59,695 bases of DNA. Source: Chiloscyllium plagiosum. Taxonomy: Eukaryota. The translations under genes and the position numbers were made by a program. Under the pieces are notes generated by a model. That model saw only the letters and a program-made list of their open reading frames with translations. It ran no database searches and was not told where the DNA came from. Shown here piece by piece: positions 38,570 through 51,299 of this stretch (position 1 is its first letter; the number at the start of each line of letters is the position of its first letter). The DNA lies in NCBI RefSeq assembly GCF_004010195.1, contig NC_057718.1, forward strand, positions 105,811,461 through 105,871,155. The letters run 5' to 3'.

Positions 38570-39655
38570 AAGATGTACAGCATGGAAACAGACCCTTTGG
38601 TCCAACCCATCCATGCCAACCAGATATCCCAACTCAATCTAGTCCCACCTGCCAGCACCTGGCCTATATCCCTCCAAACCCTTCCTATTCATGTACCCAT
38701 CCAAATGCCTCTTAAATGTTGCAATTGTACCAGCCTCCACCACATCCTCTGGCAGTTCATTCCATACCCGTATCACCCTCTGCGTGAAAAAGTTGCCACT
38801 TAGGTCTCCGTTATATCTTTCCCCTCTCATCCTAAACCTATGCCCTCTAGTTCTGGACTCCCCGACCCCAGGGAAAAGACTTTGTCTATTTATCCTATCC
38901 ATGCCCCTCATAATTTTGTAAACCTCTATAAGGTCACCCCTCAGCCTCCAATGCTCCAGGGAAAACAGCCCCAGCCTCTCCCTATAGCTCAAACCCTCCA
39001 ATCCTGGCAACATTCTTGTAAATATTTTCTGAACCCTTTCATGTTTCACAACATCTTTCTGATAGGAAGGAGACCAGAACTGCATGCAATATTCCAACAG
39101 TGGCCTAACCAATGCCCTGTACAGCCGTAACATGACCTCCAAACTCCTGTACTCAATACTCTGACCAATAAACAAAAGCATACCAAATGCCTCCTTCACT
39201 ATCCTATCTACCTGAGACTCCACTTTCAAGGAGCTATGAACCTGCACTCCAAGGTCTCTTTGTTCAGCTACACTCCCTAGGACCTTACCATTAAGTGTAT
39301 AAGTCCTGCTAAGATTTGCTTTCCCAAAATGCAGAACCTCGCATTTATCTGAATCAAACTCCACCTGCCACTTCTCAGCCCATTGGCCCATCTGGTCCAG
39401 ATCCTGTTGTAATCTGAGGTAACCCTCTTCACTGTCCACGACACCTCCAATTTTGGTGTCATCTGCAAACTTACTAACCGTACCTCTTATGCCCATATCC
39501 AAATCATTTATGTAAATGACAAAAAGTAGAGGACACAGCACTGATCCTTGTGGCACTCCACTGGTCACAGCTCCCCAGTCTGAAAAACAACCCTCCACCA
39601 CCACCACCACCACCATCTGTCTTCTACCTTTGAGCCAGTTCTGTATCTTAATGAC
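38570..39655 (-). mobile_element. Young CR1, 3' 1.1 kb with an uninterrupted 325-aa frame
   Basis: ORF 38639..39616 with intact KFADDTK and C-terminus. Confidence 0.96.
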
Positions 39656-40707
39656 TAGATTTTTTTTTAAAAGGTATATCCCAGTGCAATGTGAAATGCT
39701 ACAATGATATATCCAGAAAATATTTTACAAAATTCTAAACCCAAGGCAGTTTCAGAAACCTGGCTGCAAGGTGATCTGGATTGGGACCTGAATTTTGAAG
39801 GATACAGAACAACCTGCATAAGGGTTATATTAGACCTGCCATTGTGCAATGAAATAGAATAATTATCTCAGTGAAAACATTCCTCGGTAGCAGTGACCAT
39901 AACTGAATTTTATTTGACGAAGAGAGGAGTGCATCTGACAGTACTTTCTAAATGAAGGCGATTATGAGGATGTGAAAGCAGAGGTGGATGAAGTGAATTG
40001 GGAAATTAATTTAAAGAATAGATCAACAGAGGGGCAGCACTAGGCATTTAGTAGGATCGCCAGAAGATTCTGTAATTTATTTATTCTGTGCAAGAAAAAT
40101 TCCAAGAGACAGACCCACAATTCATGGCTAACCATAAATGTTAAGGATAATATCAAACATGTACAAAAAGCACAATTATAAAGACAGATATAAGGTCAAA
40201 AGATTAGACAGAAATTTTAAGAAGCTGAGAATAATCAAAGCCTGAAATATAAAAAATAGGTATGAGATTTTCTATAAATATTTGAAAAAGAAAAGTTAAC
40301 AAAATGAGCATTGGTCCTATAAAAAATGACTGAAGAATTAATGATGGAAAATAAGGAAATTGCAAACAAATTGAACAAGTACTTTGCATCGGTCTTCACA
40401 ATAAAGAACACAAGTAACATTTCAGAAGCAACAGTAAATCAGGCAATGGAACAAAGGGACGAACTCAGGAAAATACAATCACCAGAGAAGTGTAACTGAG
40501 TAAGCCATTGGGGCTGTGGATTGAGAAGTGTCCAGGCCCTGATGGACGTCAGCCTAGTTCAAAGAAATTGCTGGGGACACAGTTTTTAATTTTCCACAAC
40601 TCCCTTGATTTGGAGATGGTCACAATAGATCGGAAGATACCAAAAGTAACTTCTTCCATCAGAACAGGAGGAAGAAAGCAGGAAAGAAAATGTCAGGTAT
40701 CTTAATA

Positions 40708-40924
40708 AAAGCAAATTACTGCGAATGCTGGAATCTGAAACCAAAAGAGAAAATGCTGGAAAATCTCAGCAGGTCTGGCAGCATCTGTAAGAAGAGAAAA
40801 GAGCTGACGTTTCGAGTCAAACTGACCCTTTGTCAAAGCTTTTTTTAGCCTAGTATAAATACCTCCCTATTTCTCCCTTTTTTTTTAGCTTTGAGAAAGG
40901 GTCAGTTAGACTCGAAATGTCAGC
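40708..40924. mobile_element. 217-bp PLE family C mini-element with two back-to-back hammerhead motifs, 14-bp TSD
   Basis: caggtatcttaata at 40694-40707 and 40925-40938; 40802-40840 and 40887-40924 are inverted copies. Confidence 0.85.
40802..40840 (-). ncRNA. Minimal hammerhead ribozyme motif, U3-A8 variant (PLE family C)
   Basis: Minus strand AGCU-UUGACAA-A-GGGUC-AGUUU-GACUC-GAAAC-GUC-AGCU. Confidence 0.6.
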
Positions 40925-41656
40925 CAGGTATCTTAATATTGATCACAGAGAAAATATTAATAACTATTAAAGAAGTTGTAATCAGGGGCTTAGAAAATTT
41001 CAAGATAATCAGATAGACTCAACATGGTTTTGTGAAAGGACAGTCACGTTTGACCAATGCATTTGGAGTTCTTTGAGGTAACACATGCTATGAATAAAGG
41101 GGAATTGGCGAATGTGCTGTACTTAGATTTCCAGAAGGCATTTAATAAAGTGCCACACCAAAGGTTATTGCGGAAATAAAATCTCACGGTGTAGGGAGTC
41201 ACATATTGACCTGGATAGAAGATTGAATATTTGATAGGAGGCAGAGAGCGGGCCTTAATTAATCTTTTTCCAAGTTGATAAGGCAATGATTGTTGTACCA
41301 CATGGATCAGTACCAGGATCTCAACAATACACAATTTATATAAATCGCTTGAATGAAAGGACAGAGACATGGTTGCCAAATCTGCCATGACACAAAACTA
41401 GGTAGCAAAGTAAGTTGTGCAGAAGACACAAGAAACGTACAAAAATATATAAAAAGATTAAATGAATGGGGAAAGATGTAACAAATGGTGTACAATGTGG
41501 AAAAATGTAAAACTGTCAATTTTGAAAAAAAAATTCTTTAAATGGTGAGAGATTGCAAAACTGAGATGCAGAGGAATCTGGGCATTCTCGTGCATGAATC
41601 ACATAAGGGTAGTATGCAGATACATCAAACAACTGGGGAATTCCACAGAATGTAAT

Positions 41657-43035
41657 CAGAGTCCGAGAGTTATACAGCACAGAAACAGCCCCTTCAGTCC
41701 AACCTGTCCACGAAGACCAGATATCCTAAACTGATCTAGTCCTATTTAGCCCATATCCCTTTAAAGCCTTTCTATTCATATACCCATCCAGTTGCCTTTT
41801 AAACGTTGTAATTGCACCCGCCGCCACTATTTCCTACGGCAGTTCATTCCATACACACCACTCTCTGGGTGAAAAAGTTGCCCCTTCGGTCCTATTCAAA
41901 TGTTTCCCCTCTCTCCTTAAACTTATGCCTTCTAGTTTTGGACTCCACCACCCTGGGAAACAATCTTGTCTACTTGCCCTATCCATGGCCCTCATGATTT
42001 CATAAACTTCTATAAGGTCACCCCTCAGCCTCCAACACTCCAGGGAAAATCTGGAGGCCTATCTGGCCTCTTCCTATAGCTCAAACCCTCCAACCCTGGC
42101 AACATCCTTACACATTTCTTCAGAACCTTCTCAAGTTTCACAACATCCTTCCTATAGCAGGGAGACCAGAATTGAATGCACTATTCAAAAAATGACCTAA
42201 TTAATGCCCTGTACAGCTGCAACTTGACCTCTCAGCTCCTATCGCAATGCACTGTCCAACAAAGGCAAGCATGCCAAATGCCTTCTTCACTTCTTGTCTA
42301 CCTGCAATTTCGAGTTCAAGCAACTATGCACCTACACCCGGGTCCCTTTGCTTGGCAATACTTCTAGGGTCCTACTATTAACTGTATAAGTCCTTTCTTG
42401 GTTTGCCTTACCAAAATGCAACACTTCATATATATTTAAATTAAACACCATCTGCCATTCCTCTGCCCATTGGCTCATCTGATCAAAGTCACATTGTACT
42501 CTGAGATAACCTTCTTCACTGTCCACTACACCACCAATTTTGGTGTCATCTGCAAACTTACTAAGCATATTCTTATATTCATACCCAAATCACTTATACA
42601 AATGATAAAAAGCAGTGGACCCAGCACTGATCCTTGCAGCACACCGCTGGTCATAGGCCTCCAGTCCAAAAAACAACCGTCTACTATCATTCTCTATCTC
42701 CTACCTTCAAGCCAATTTTGTATCTAATTGGCTAGCTCCCCCTGGATTCCATGAGATCTAATCTTACTAACCAGTCCACCATGTTGAACCTTGTCAAACA
42801 CCTTTAAGTCCATGTAGACAAAATCTACCGTGCTGCTTTCATCAATCTTTTTTGGCACCTCTTCAAAAAACTCAAGTTAGTGAGATGTGATTTCCCATGC
42901 ACAAAGCCATGTTGACTATCCCTAATCAGTCAGTCATATAGCACAGAAACAGACTCTTCCTTGCTTTTCCAAATGTACACAAATCCTGTTCCTCAGAATC
43001 CTATCCAACAACTTACCCACCACTGATGCAGGCTC
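41657..43035 (-). mobile_element. CR1 RT and 3' end
   Basis: ORF 42332 [19 protein letters not shown]; same subfamily as 38570-39655 but more diverged. Confidence 0.92.
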
Positions 43036-43079
43036 AGTGCTAAGAATTACTGCCTAGAAATTACAGGGCATCAGCCCAA

Positions 43080-44535
43080 ATTTTTAAAATGCCCCTGGCC
43101 ACAGGCCAGAGGACTGCAGGATAGCTAATGTGGTTCTCCTTCACAAAAACAGGGAACTATCGGCCAGTGATTCTAACATTAGTAGTAGGAAAACAATTGG
43201 AGAAAGTAGCAAAGGTAAAAATTAATCTCCATTTAGAGAAGCAAGGTTTGATCAGGGATAATTAGTATAGCTTTGTCAGAGGAAGGTCATGATGAATAAA
43301 TCTTTTGGAATTTTGCAAGATAACGACCATGTGTTTGGATGTTTAGTGTCATAAAGCCATACAGCATGGAAACAGACCCTTCAGTCCAACCAATCCACGT
43401 CAACCATAATCCCAAACTAAACAAGGCCCATCTGCCTTCTCTTGGCCCATATCCCTCCAAACATTTCTTATTCATATACTTATCCAAGTGTCTTTTAAAC
43501 ATTGTAAGTGTACCTACATCCACCACCTCCTCTGGAAGTTCATTCCATACATAAACCATTGTGTAAAAATATTGCCCCCATGTCTTTTTTAAATCTTTCT
43601 CCTATCACCTTAAAAATATACCCTCTAGTCTTGAAATCTGCCACCAAAGAGAAAAGCAACCTGCCATTCAACTTATCTGTACTTGATGCAGTTTATAAGA
43701 ATTTCAGCAGGGCTTTTGATAAGGTACCAAATACGAAACTAACAGAGATGGTAAAAGCATATGGGATCCAGGATCCAAATGGATGCAAAATTAGTGACAG
43801 GAGACAAGAGGGTGGCGGTTGAAGGTTGTTTGTGTGAGATCGGAGGCCTGCATTCAATGACCTACCAGAGGGAACAGTGCTAGATCCCTTAGTGTTTGTG
43901 ATATTCAAAAATGATGTAGATGAGACTGTAGGTGGGATGATAAGTGAATTGCACAAAGATTGACCAGGCTATTGACAGCGATGGAGGAGGTGTTAGGTCA
44001 CAGGAGACTATAACTGGACTGGTCCTTTGGGCAGATCAACGCCATATGGAATTTAATCCTGATAAATGTGAGGTGATGCTCATTGGAAAAAGGAACAAAC
44101 AAGGGAGTACTCAACAAATGGCAAGACACTAGGTAGCTCACAGCAACAGAGAGATCTTAGGGTACTTGCCACAGATCCACGAAGGCAGCAGAACAGATTA
44201 ATAGGGTAATTAAAAAGGTATATGTGACTTTGCCTTTATCAGCCTTGGCAGAGATCATAAGACCAAAGAGGTTGGAACTATGCAGAATTTAGGTTAGGCC
44301 ACAACTGGAGTAGTGTGCAGTTCAGGTCATCACACTACAGGACGGATGTCACTGCACTGGAGAGAGTGAAAAAGAAATTCACTAGTATATTGTCTGGGGT
44401 GGAGCATTCCAGCTATAAAGAGAGGTTGGATAAGCTCGGGTTGTTTGCTTTGGAGTAGAGAAGGTTGAGGTGGGAGCTAATAGAGGCGTATAAGATTATG
44501 AGGTGCATGGACATGGTGAATTAAAAGCAGCTGTT
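43080..44535 (+). mobile_element. Old CR1 RT interrupted by a CR1 3' end (43345-43680, minus)
   Basis: YKNFSRAFDKVP, WADQRHMEFNPDKCEV; nested ORF 43287 WNELPEEVV. Confidence 0.85.
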
Positions 44536-45640
44536 GTCCTCCACCCCATTTCCATCTCCAGCAACAAACTGCAAACGCTCGTTTACCACAAACCCGCAGA
44601 CTCCCATAACAACCTGGACTACACTTCCTCCAACCCAGTACCCTGCAAGAACTCCATCCCATTCTCCCAATTCCTCCACCTCCGCCACGTCTGCTCAGAT
44701 GAGGAGATATTCCACTCCCATGCATCCCAGATGTCCATCTATTTTGAACAACATGCTTTTCCACCTTCTGTCACCCAGATAGCCCTCCACTGCACCACCT
44801 TCATTCCCTGGTCCGCTGCTCTAAATCCACCCACCTCTAAATGCAATAAAGACAGAGTCCCCCTTGACCTCACCTACCACCCCACCAGTCTCTGCATCTA
44901 ACACATCATCCTTAAACACTTCTGCCAACACAAACTAGACCCCACCACCAAGACCATCTTCCCTTCCCCACCCCTCCCCGACTTCCACAGGAATCATTCA
45001 CTTCGCCAAACCTTGGTTTGCGCCACTCTCCCTATCAACCCTCCCGAACCCCCAGGTACCTTCCTCCGCAACTGTAAAAGATGCAAAACCTGCTGGCACA
45101 TCACCCCTCCCACTGCATCCAGGACCCCATTCAGCCCTTCCAGGTAAGAGAGGTTCACCTGCCCATTCCTCCAACCTTGTTTACTGTATCTGGTACTCTC
45201 GATTTGGACTTCTCCAAATCAAGGAGACCAAATGTAAACTCAGGGCCAACATTTTGCCAAGCATCTCAGCCAGGCCTGCAGGGTATAGCCTGACCTCCCA
45301 GTCACCACTCATTTTAATTTCCCTTCCCACTCCCTTTCTGACATGCCCAACCTTGGCCTCCTCCATTGCCACAGCGAATCAGACTGCAAATTGGAGGAAC
45401 AACACCTCATCTACCACCTGGGCAGCCTACAACCTGGAAGACTCAATACTGAGTTCTCCAATTACAAATAACCTTCCTCCCATCTCCTTACTCCCTTCTA
45501 AACCCCTGGCCGTCCCTTCCACTCCACTGATTGACCCTTCTTCCAGCTACAAACCAGATTCATTCCTCCATTGACCAACCAGGTCACACCATCTACCTAT
45601 GTTCACTTATCCCTACTTCACCACTCCGCCCCATCCTCCA
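44536..45640 (+). mobile_element. PLE family D-type: RT C-terminus, linker and degenerate GIY-YIG endonuclease
   Basis: ORF 44503 VYHKPADSHNNLDYTSSNPVPCKNSIPFSQFLHLRHVCS; CKRCKTC; LEEQHLIYHLGSLQP. Confidence 0.88.
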
Positions 45641-46139
45641 GTGAAAGATCATTTTGTTGAAATAAAAGAGCAAAATATTAAACCAGATTTCAGATTCTGG
45701 GGTTTGATTTATTCAGTAGACACATCAGCTGAGACTATAGCAGTAATATGAATTTTAAAATGCGAAATTCTGCCTCCAACTCTGGAAATGTTGCATGAAG
45801 AATACAGCCTAGCAATGAGATATTTTAATTTTAAACTGACAATGATTTGAATACACAAACTCAAACAAAATTCAGTCAGATTGACAATTGTTTTTAAAAA
45901 TGGGGGTCACATAAGCCAGAATAATAAAATTTAATAAGGTCTATAAAGGGAACTGGATAAAATCCTCAAATTCAGTATGAATAAGCATAGGGTACTGTAA
46001 ACTAAAACAAATAGGTGACTAACACCAAAAATTACAAATTCAGTGTGAAGCCAAGAGACCTAAGAGTGCTAGTAGCTGCAAATTAACAAATTTGACTACT
46101 GCACAATAACAATCAAAACAGATGTGGGGGGGGAAGAGA

Positions 46140-46795
46140 TAGTGGTGAAGCAGTAATTACACTATCATCCAGAAGCCCTGACAAATGCTGTGGGTTCATA
46201 GGTTCGAATCTCACCACGACAGGTGGAATTATTCAATTCATCTGGAATATAAAGCCAGTCTCTGCAGTGTCCTTTACAGAGGGGGAACCACGGTGGATAC
46301 AGTGCTTTATTTCCCCCTCGAGCTCTATTTTGATTTAGTTCCTTCCTGCTTTTCCTACCTCTCCCTCACTTTTGATGGCTTGCTTTGATCGTAATGAGTT
46401 TTCCATGTACAGTAAATATCTAATTGGCTAAATGGATGAGTTACTGGTGGAGTTTAACAGTTTAAAACAAAACCAAAATCAGGGTGCTTTTGTAGTGAGA
46501 AAGCCATTAGGTTGTGTGGAAGAGCACTTAGATCATAGAGATGTACAGCAACTCATCCATGATAATCTGGTCACAGGGACGATGACCATTAAATTATTAC
46601 TAATTATTACTAAAATCTGATCTGGTTATTCAACCTGTTTAGGGATAGAACTCTGCTATCCTTACCTGATCTGGTATACACGTGACTCCAGACCTACAGT
46701 ATTGAGGGAGCAGGCTACTTAGTTCATGGACAATTAAAGATGGTTAATAAATACTGGCTTTTCCAGTGATAATCACATCCCATGAAAGAATAAAC
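46140..46795 (+). mobile_element. tRNA-derived SINE with L2/CR1-clade tail, interrupted
   Basis: B box ggttcgaatctc at 46201; tail aataaatactggcttttccagtgataatcacatcccatgaaagaataaa. Confidence 0.55.
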
Positions 46796-47177
46796 AGTAT
46801 ATATTTAAGTCAGCACTCATCAGGAGATATTCTGAAATTACAGAATGCATTGAAAATCATACAATTGAAATAATGCATCTAGGTTTAATCTCCAAGACAG
46901 GCTTAGAGACATGGAGACTGAAAAACCTCAGAGTATTCAGCCTTTAAAAACTATTACTAGAATTTTATACAGGCTTCATAAGCTACTAAATCATTTGAAC
47001 AATAGAGTCTACTGCTCATATTAAAGCATGGCATGTGCTCACAACTTCCAACTGATGAAAGAGAACTTATATCCAGAAACCTTATTGAATTCTTTGAGGA
47101 TGTGACAAAACATATTGAAGGCAGCACAGCAGTGGATGTGATGTACATGGATTTTAGCAAGGCATTTGATAAGGTTC

Positions 47178-47302
47178 GATGAGAAAGTGAGGACTGCAGA
47201 TGCTGGAGATCAGAGCTGAAAATGTGTCGCTGGAAAAGCGCAGCAGGTCAGGCAGCATCCAAGGAACAGGAGAATCGACGTTTCGGGCATAAGCCCTTCT
47301 TC
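47178..47302 (-). mobile_element. 125-bp PLE family D terminal insertion in CR1, 6-bp TSD
   Basis: aggttc at 47172-47177 and 47303-47308; removing it restores CR1 gcatttgataaggttccccatgg (AFDKVPH). Confidence 0.88.
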
Positions 47303-47306
47303 AGGT
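47273..47306 (-). ncRNA. Minimal hammerhead ribozyme motif (PLE family D)
   Basis: Minus strand CUGAAGA-A-GGGC-UUAU-GCCC-GAAAC-GUC; core and stem II intact, helix I weak; activity untested. Confidence 0.65.
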
Positions 47307-48427
47307 TCCCCATGGTAGGCTCATTCAGAAAGTAAGGAGGTATGGGACACAGGGAAACCTGTCTGTCTGGATACAGAATTGAATGGCCCACAGAAGACAG
47401 AGGGTGGTAGGAGATGGAAAGTATTCAGCCTGCAGCTCAGCGACCAGTGGTGTTTCACAAGGATCGGTTCTAGGACCTCTGCTCTTTGTGATTTTTATAA
47501 ATGACTTGGATGAGGATTGGAAGGGTGGGTTTGAAACTTTGCTAATGACACGAAGATTGGTCAAATTGTGGATAGTGTGGAGGGCTGTTGTAGGTTGCAA
47601 CAGGACATTGACAGGATGCAGAACTGGATTGATAAGTGGCAGATGGAGTTCAAGCTGGAAATGTGTGAAGTGATTCACATTGAAAGGTCGAATTTGAAAG
47701 CAGAACACACGGCTAAAGGCAGGATTCTTGGCAGTATGGAGGAACAGAGGGATCTTGGGGTCCATGTCCATAGATCTCTCAAAGTTGCCACCCACGTTAA
47801 TAGGGTTGTTAAGAAGGCATTTGGTGTGTTGGCTTTCATTAGCAAGGGGACTGAGTTTAAGAGCTGCGAGGGTGAGCCCTGGTTAGACCACACTTGGAAT
47901 ATTGTGTTTAGTTATGGTCGCCTCATTATAAGAAAGATGTGAAAGCTTTAGAGAGGGTGCAGAGGAGATTTACCAGGGCATTTCTCATGGGAACGAAGAA
48001 GGATTACAGGGGACTTGATAGAGGTGTACAAGATGTTGACAGGCATAGATAGCCAGAGACTTTTTCCCATGGCAAAGATGTCTATCACGAGGGGGCATAA
48101 TTTTAAGGTAATTGGAGGAAGGCTCAGGGGAGATGTCAGAGAAGGTTCTTTACAGAGTGGTGGCTGCGTGGAATGCACTGCCAGCAGTCGTAATAGAATC
48201 AGATACATTAAGGACATTTAAGTGACTCTTGGATAGGCAAATGGAAGATAGTACAATGAAGGATATGCAGGTTAGTCTGATCTTTGAGTAGGATAAAAGG
48301 CCAGCACAACATTGAGGACCGAAGGGCTTGTACTGTGCTGTACTGTTCTATGTTCTACATATGATTGCAGGCTTGACTTGATTAGCTTTGATGGAATAGG
48401 GCAAATGGTACATAGGACATTTTATAT

Positions 48428-48735
48428 GGCGGCACGGTGGCGCAGTGGTTAGCACTGCTGCCTCACAGCGCCTGAGACCCGGGTTCAATTCCTGCCTCAG
48501 GCGATTGACTGTGTGGAGTTTGCACGTTCTCCCCGTGTCTGTGTGGGTTTCCTCCGGGTGCTCCGGTTTCCTCCCACAGTCACAAAGATGTGCAGGTGAA
48601 TTGGCCATGCTAAATTGCCTGTAGCGTTAGATAAGGGGTAAATGTAGGGGTATGGGTAGGTTGCGCTTCGGCGGGTCGGTGTGGACTTGTTGGGCTGAAG
48701 GGCCTATTTCCACACTGTAATGTAATCTAATCTAA
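48428..48735 (+). mobile_element. Full-length HE1-type V-SINE
   Basis: A and B boxes, V-domain, (aatct)n tail; atatgg at both ends (48424-48429, 48735-48740). Confidence 0.93.
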
Positions 48736-50309
48736 TATGGATGAGCTCAGTTCAGCCCAATGGCTCTCATCGACAACTGAATGATGCCGTGATATTACAA
48801 AATAGCAACATAAACACAACAATTTCATTTCAGTAGCAGCCTTTAATAAAGAACAAAACATCCCAAGATGTTTCACAGGAAGACTGGGGGGACAGAGAAA
48901 GAAAAAGAGAGGCGGGGGAGTAGAGACAGAGAAAGTAGGAAGATGGGAAGAGAGAGAAAATAAAATCGTGGCCATGATCAGATTAGCCATGATCTTATCA
49001 AATGATAGAGCACACTCAAGGGCCAAATAGCCTCCTCCAGCTCCTAATTTGTATGTTCATGTGCATGCACGCATCTTAGACATCTCCAAGAGATATTAGT
49101 TCCAGCAGCAGTTTTCCTCAAGGCTAAACAATCACCGTCTGGACAGCATAAAGTAATATTTCACATTTTAACTAATACCCCACTACATAAACTTAAATGT
49201 GTGGGAAATTTTCCAAAACATTTACTTCATAATCTTCAATTTTACACAAAATTCTTCTCATTCTGTGGATAAAGTGGAATTTGTTTCAAATGTAACAGAG
49301 TATTTGGAAGAAAATTAGGATTGGAATTTTAAAACTTTAAACAAGTACCACATGTCACATGTGTTAAACATTAATAAAAGCACAAGACCAAAATCTTAAA
49401 ATAGGCTGAAAATAAAGATTCTAAAAGCAAGCCAATTTTTTTTAACAATGACTTTATCTGGAATAATGATTTTAACTTCAATTTTTAAAAAATTCTCACA
49501 TTCTAGCTTTTAAGATTTTTCAGTGTTATTGCAAACTAAATTTGACACTGGCAGAGGCACCTAATTCTCAAACCAACAATAGAAAAATATCACTGTTAAG
49601 GTCTATAAGTGGTTTATGATGAAATCAGTCATCTATTCAATTCCTACTGACTTTGCCAGAGCTGTTGAGGAATTTGAAGATTCTAATTGGATGGACAGAG
49701 GAATGAAATTATTCATTCATTTGGCACTTTATAAAAATGGGAGCGCTCATATTTTGCATGTTGGTCCATTAGGACTGGAAACCAGAAACAGATGCTTTTG
49801 CAATAAAAATCAAGACAAGGTGGCAGAATGAAGGTATAAATGAAAAGCTATGCCACCTGACTCCTATCATAAAGATGGCATAACAGTTTGTACAGAGATT
49901 ATCCCAAAATTTAATAAGGGCAAAAAATCTGATTTACTCCAAAATTTGGGAAACGGCATCTGATAAATAAATAGGAGTGAGAAAACTCATTCAATCTGGG
50001 CAATGAAAAAAAGACAAAAATAATCCAAACAGTGGTTTAAACTGCTTCACACCAGAGAGAAATTAGCTAGCAGAAGAAATCAGCAGGAAAGAGAGGAGGA
50101 TAGAGAAAATTTGAAACTGGCTAGGACAAAGAGCTACCAAGGTGAAAGGTGAACTATTTCTGAAATTTCCTTTAGGTGGAGCAGTGTCAGAGGTCAAAAA
50201 TGAAAGGTTGGCGGGGAGCAAGCTGAAGTGGTAAGCTAAACGGGAATTCAAGATCATTCTTGAAGACTAAGTTGGAATGTTTGGTTAAACTATTGCCAAT
50301 CCTCAAAAT

Positions 50310-50730
50310 AAAGGGAAAATTTTGCAGATACTGAAAGCCCAAAGTACAAACAGAAATTGATGGAGAAACTCAGCAAGTCTTTTTTAATTCACTCACAGCA
50401 TGTGAGCATCTCAGGCTAAACAGCACTTATTGCTGATCCCTAATTGTCCAGAGGGCAGTTACGAGTCAACCACATTGTGGGTGCTGTGGGTCTGAAGTTA
50501 CATGCAGGCCAGTCTAGGTAAGGATAACAGATTTCCTTCACTAAAGGACATTAGTGAACATATGAGTTTTTCCAACAATCAACAATGGTTCACGATCATC
50601 GTAAAATCTTTAATTACAAATTCTTTATTGAATTCAAATTTCACCATGGTGGGATGTGAACCCAGGTCCCCAGAACATTGGATGAGTTTCTGAATTAATA
50701 GCCTAGTGATACCACTAGGCCATTGACACC
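50310..50730 (-). mobile_element. Short PLE family C tail followed by a near-complete SINE with L2/CR1-clade tail (50380-50730)
   Basis: gagggcagttacgagtcaaccacattg is the reverse of 9925-9950; head gtgggatgtgaacccaggtccccagaacatt. Confidence 0.7.
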
Positions 50731-51299
50731 AGAGCAAACATGTTGACTCCAAAGTGACTCGTCAGAACAGCTGAAATCTTCGTCATCATCTGTGTTCCGA
50801 AGCCTGCTTCACTAGTCAATACGACTGTAGCTAAAGTCACTGTGGCCTCAACTCCACATTCTTGCCTACCCTGATAATATTAGTAATTAATAATCTAGGA
50901 CAGAAGAGAAGTATCAGACAGATCACTCTAAGCTAAGTGACAGTGAAATGCTTCTGATCAGAATTTCATAATATGCTCAATATGGAGAAGTCAGCAATAG
51001 GATTGAAAAATAAAATATTCAAATAATGGTAAAAGGTGTCAATCCAAATATTCTGGTAGCCAGTCATTGTAACAGTGTAGACTGGAGTTGCACGGCAGCA
51101 CCTTGTGGAATTCTCAGTGCAGCTGATTGTGGGGGTGGGGCAAGTATCCAGGAAATTGAGAATTCTGATAAGCAATTCCTCTTCATCAGAAACCTTCCGA
51201 AAGGCCTCAGCCAGAGAATCCAGGCCGGTCCAATTCACTTAAACTTGATAAATCTTAAACTTAATCCAAGAAATGTTAGAGGATTTAAAAACCTACCTA

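Larger units (their letters stand above)
39750..41650 (+). mobile_element. Old, heavily decayed CR1 ORF2
   Basis: agcagtgaccataac (SDH), KCPGPDG, caacatggttttgtgaaagg, gatttccagaaggcatttaataaagtgccacac. Confidence 0.85.
47075..48358 (+). mobile_element. CR1 RT and 3' end
   Basis: ORFs 47383, 47568, 48015; tail gttctatgttcta. Confidence 0.92.

Noticed and set aside
50755..50800. Minus-strand acidic stretch TDDDEDFSCSD as a possible exon
   Set aside because: No match to the expected upstream EHBP1 exon (MASVWKRLQR...) and no convincing splice pair.
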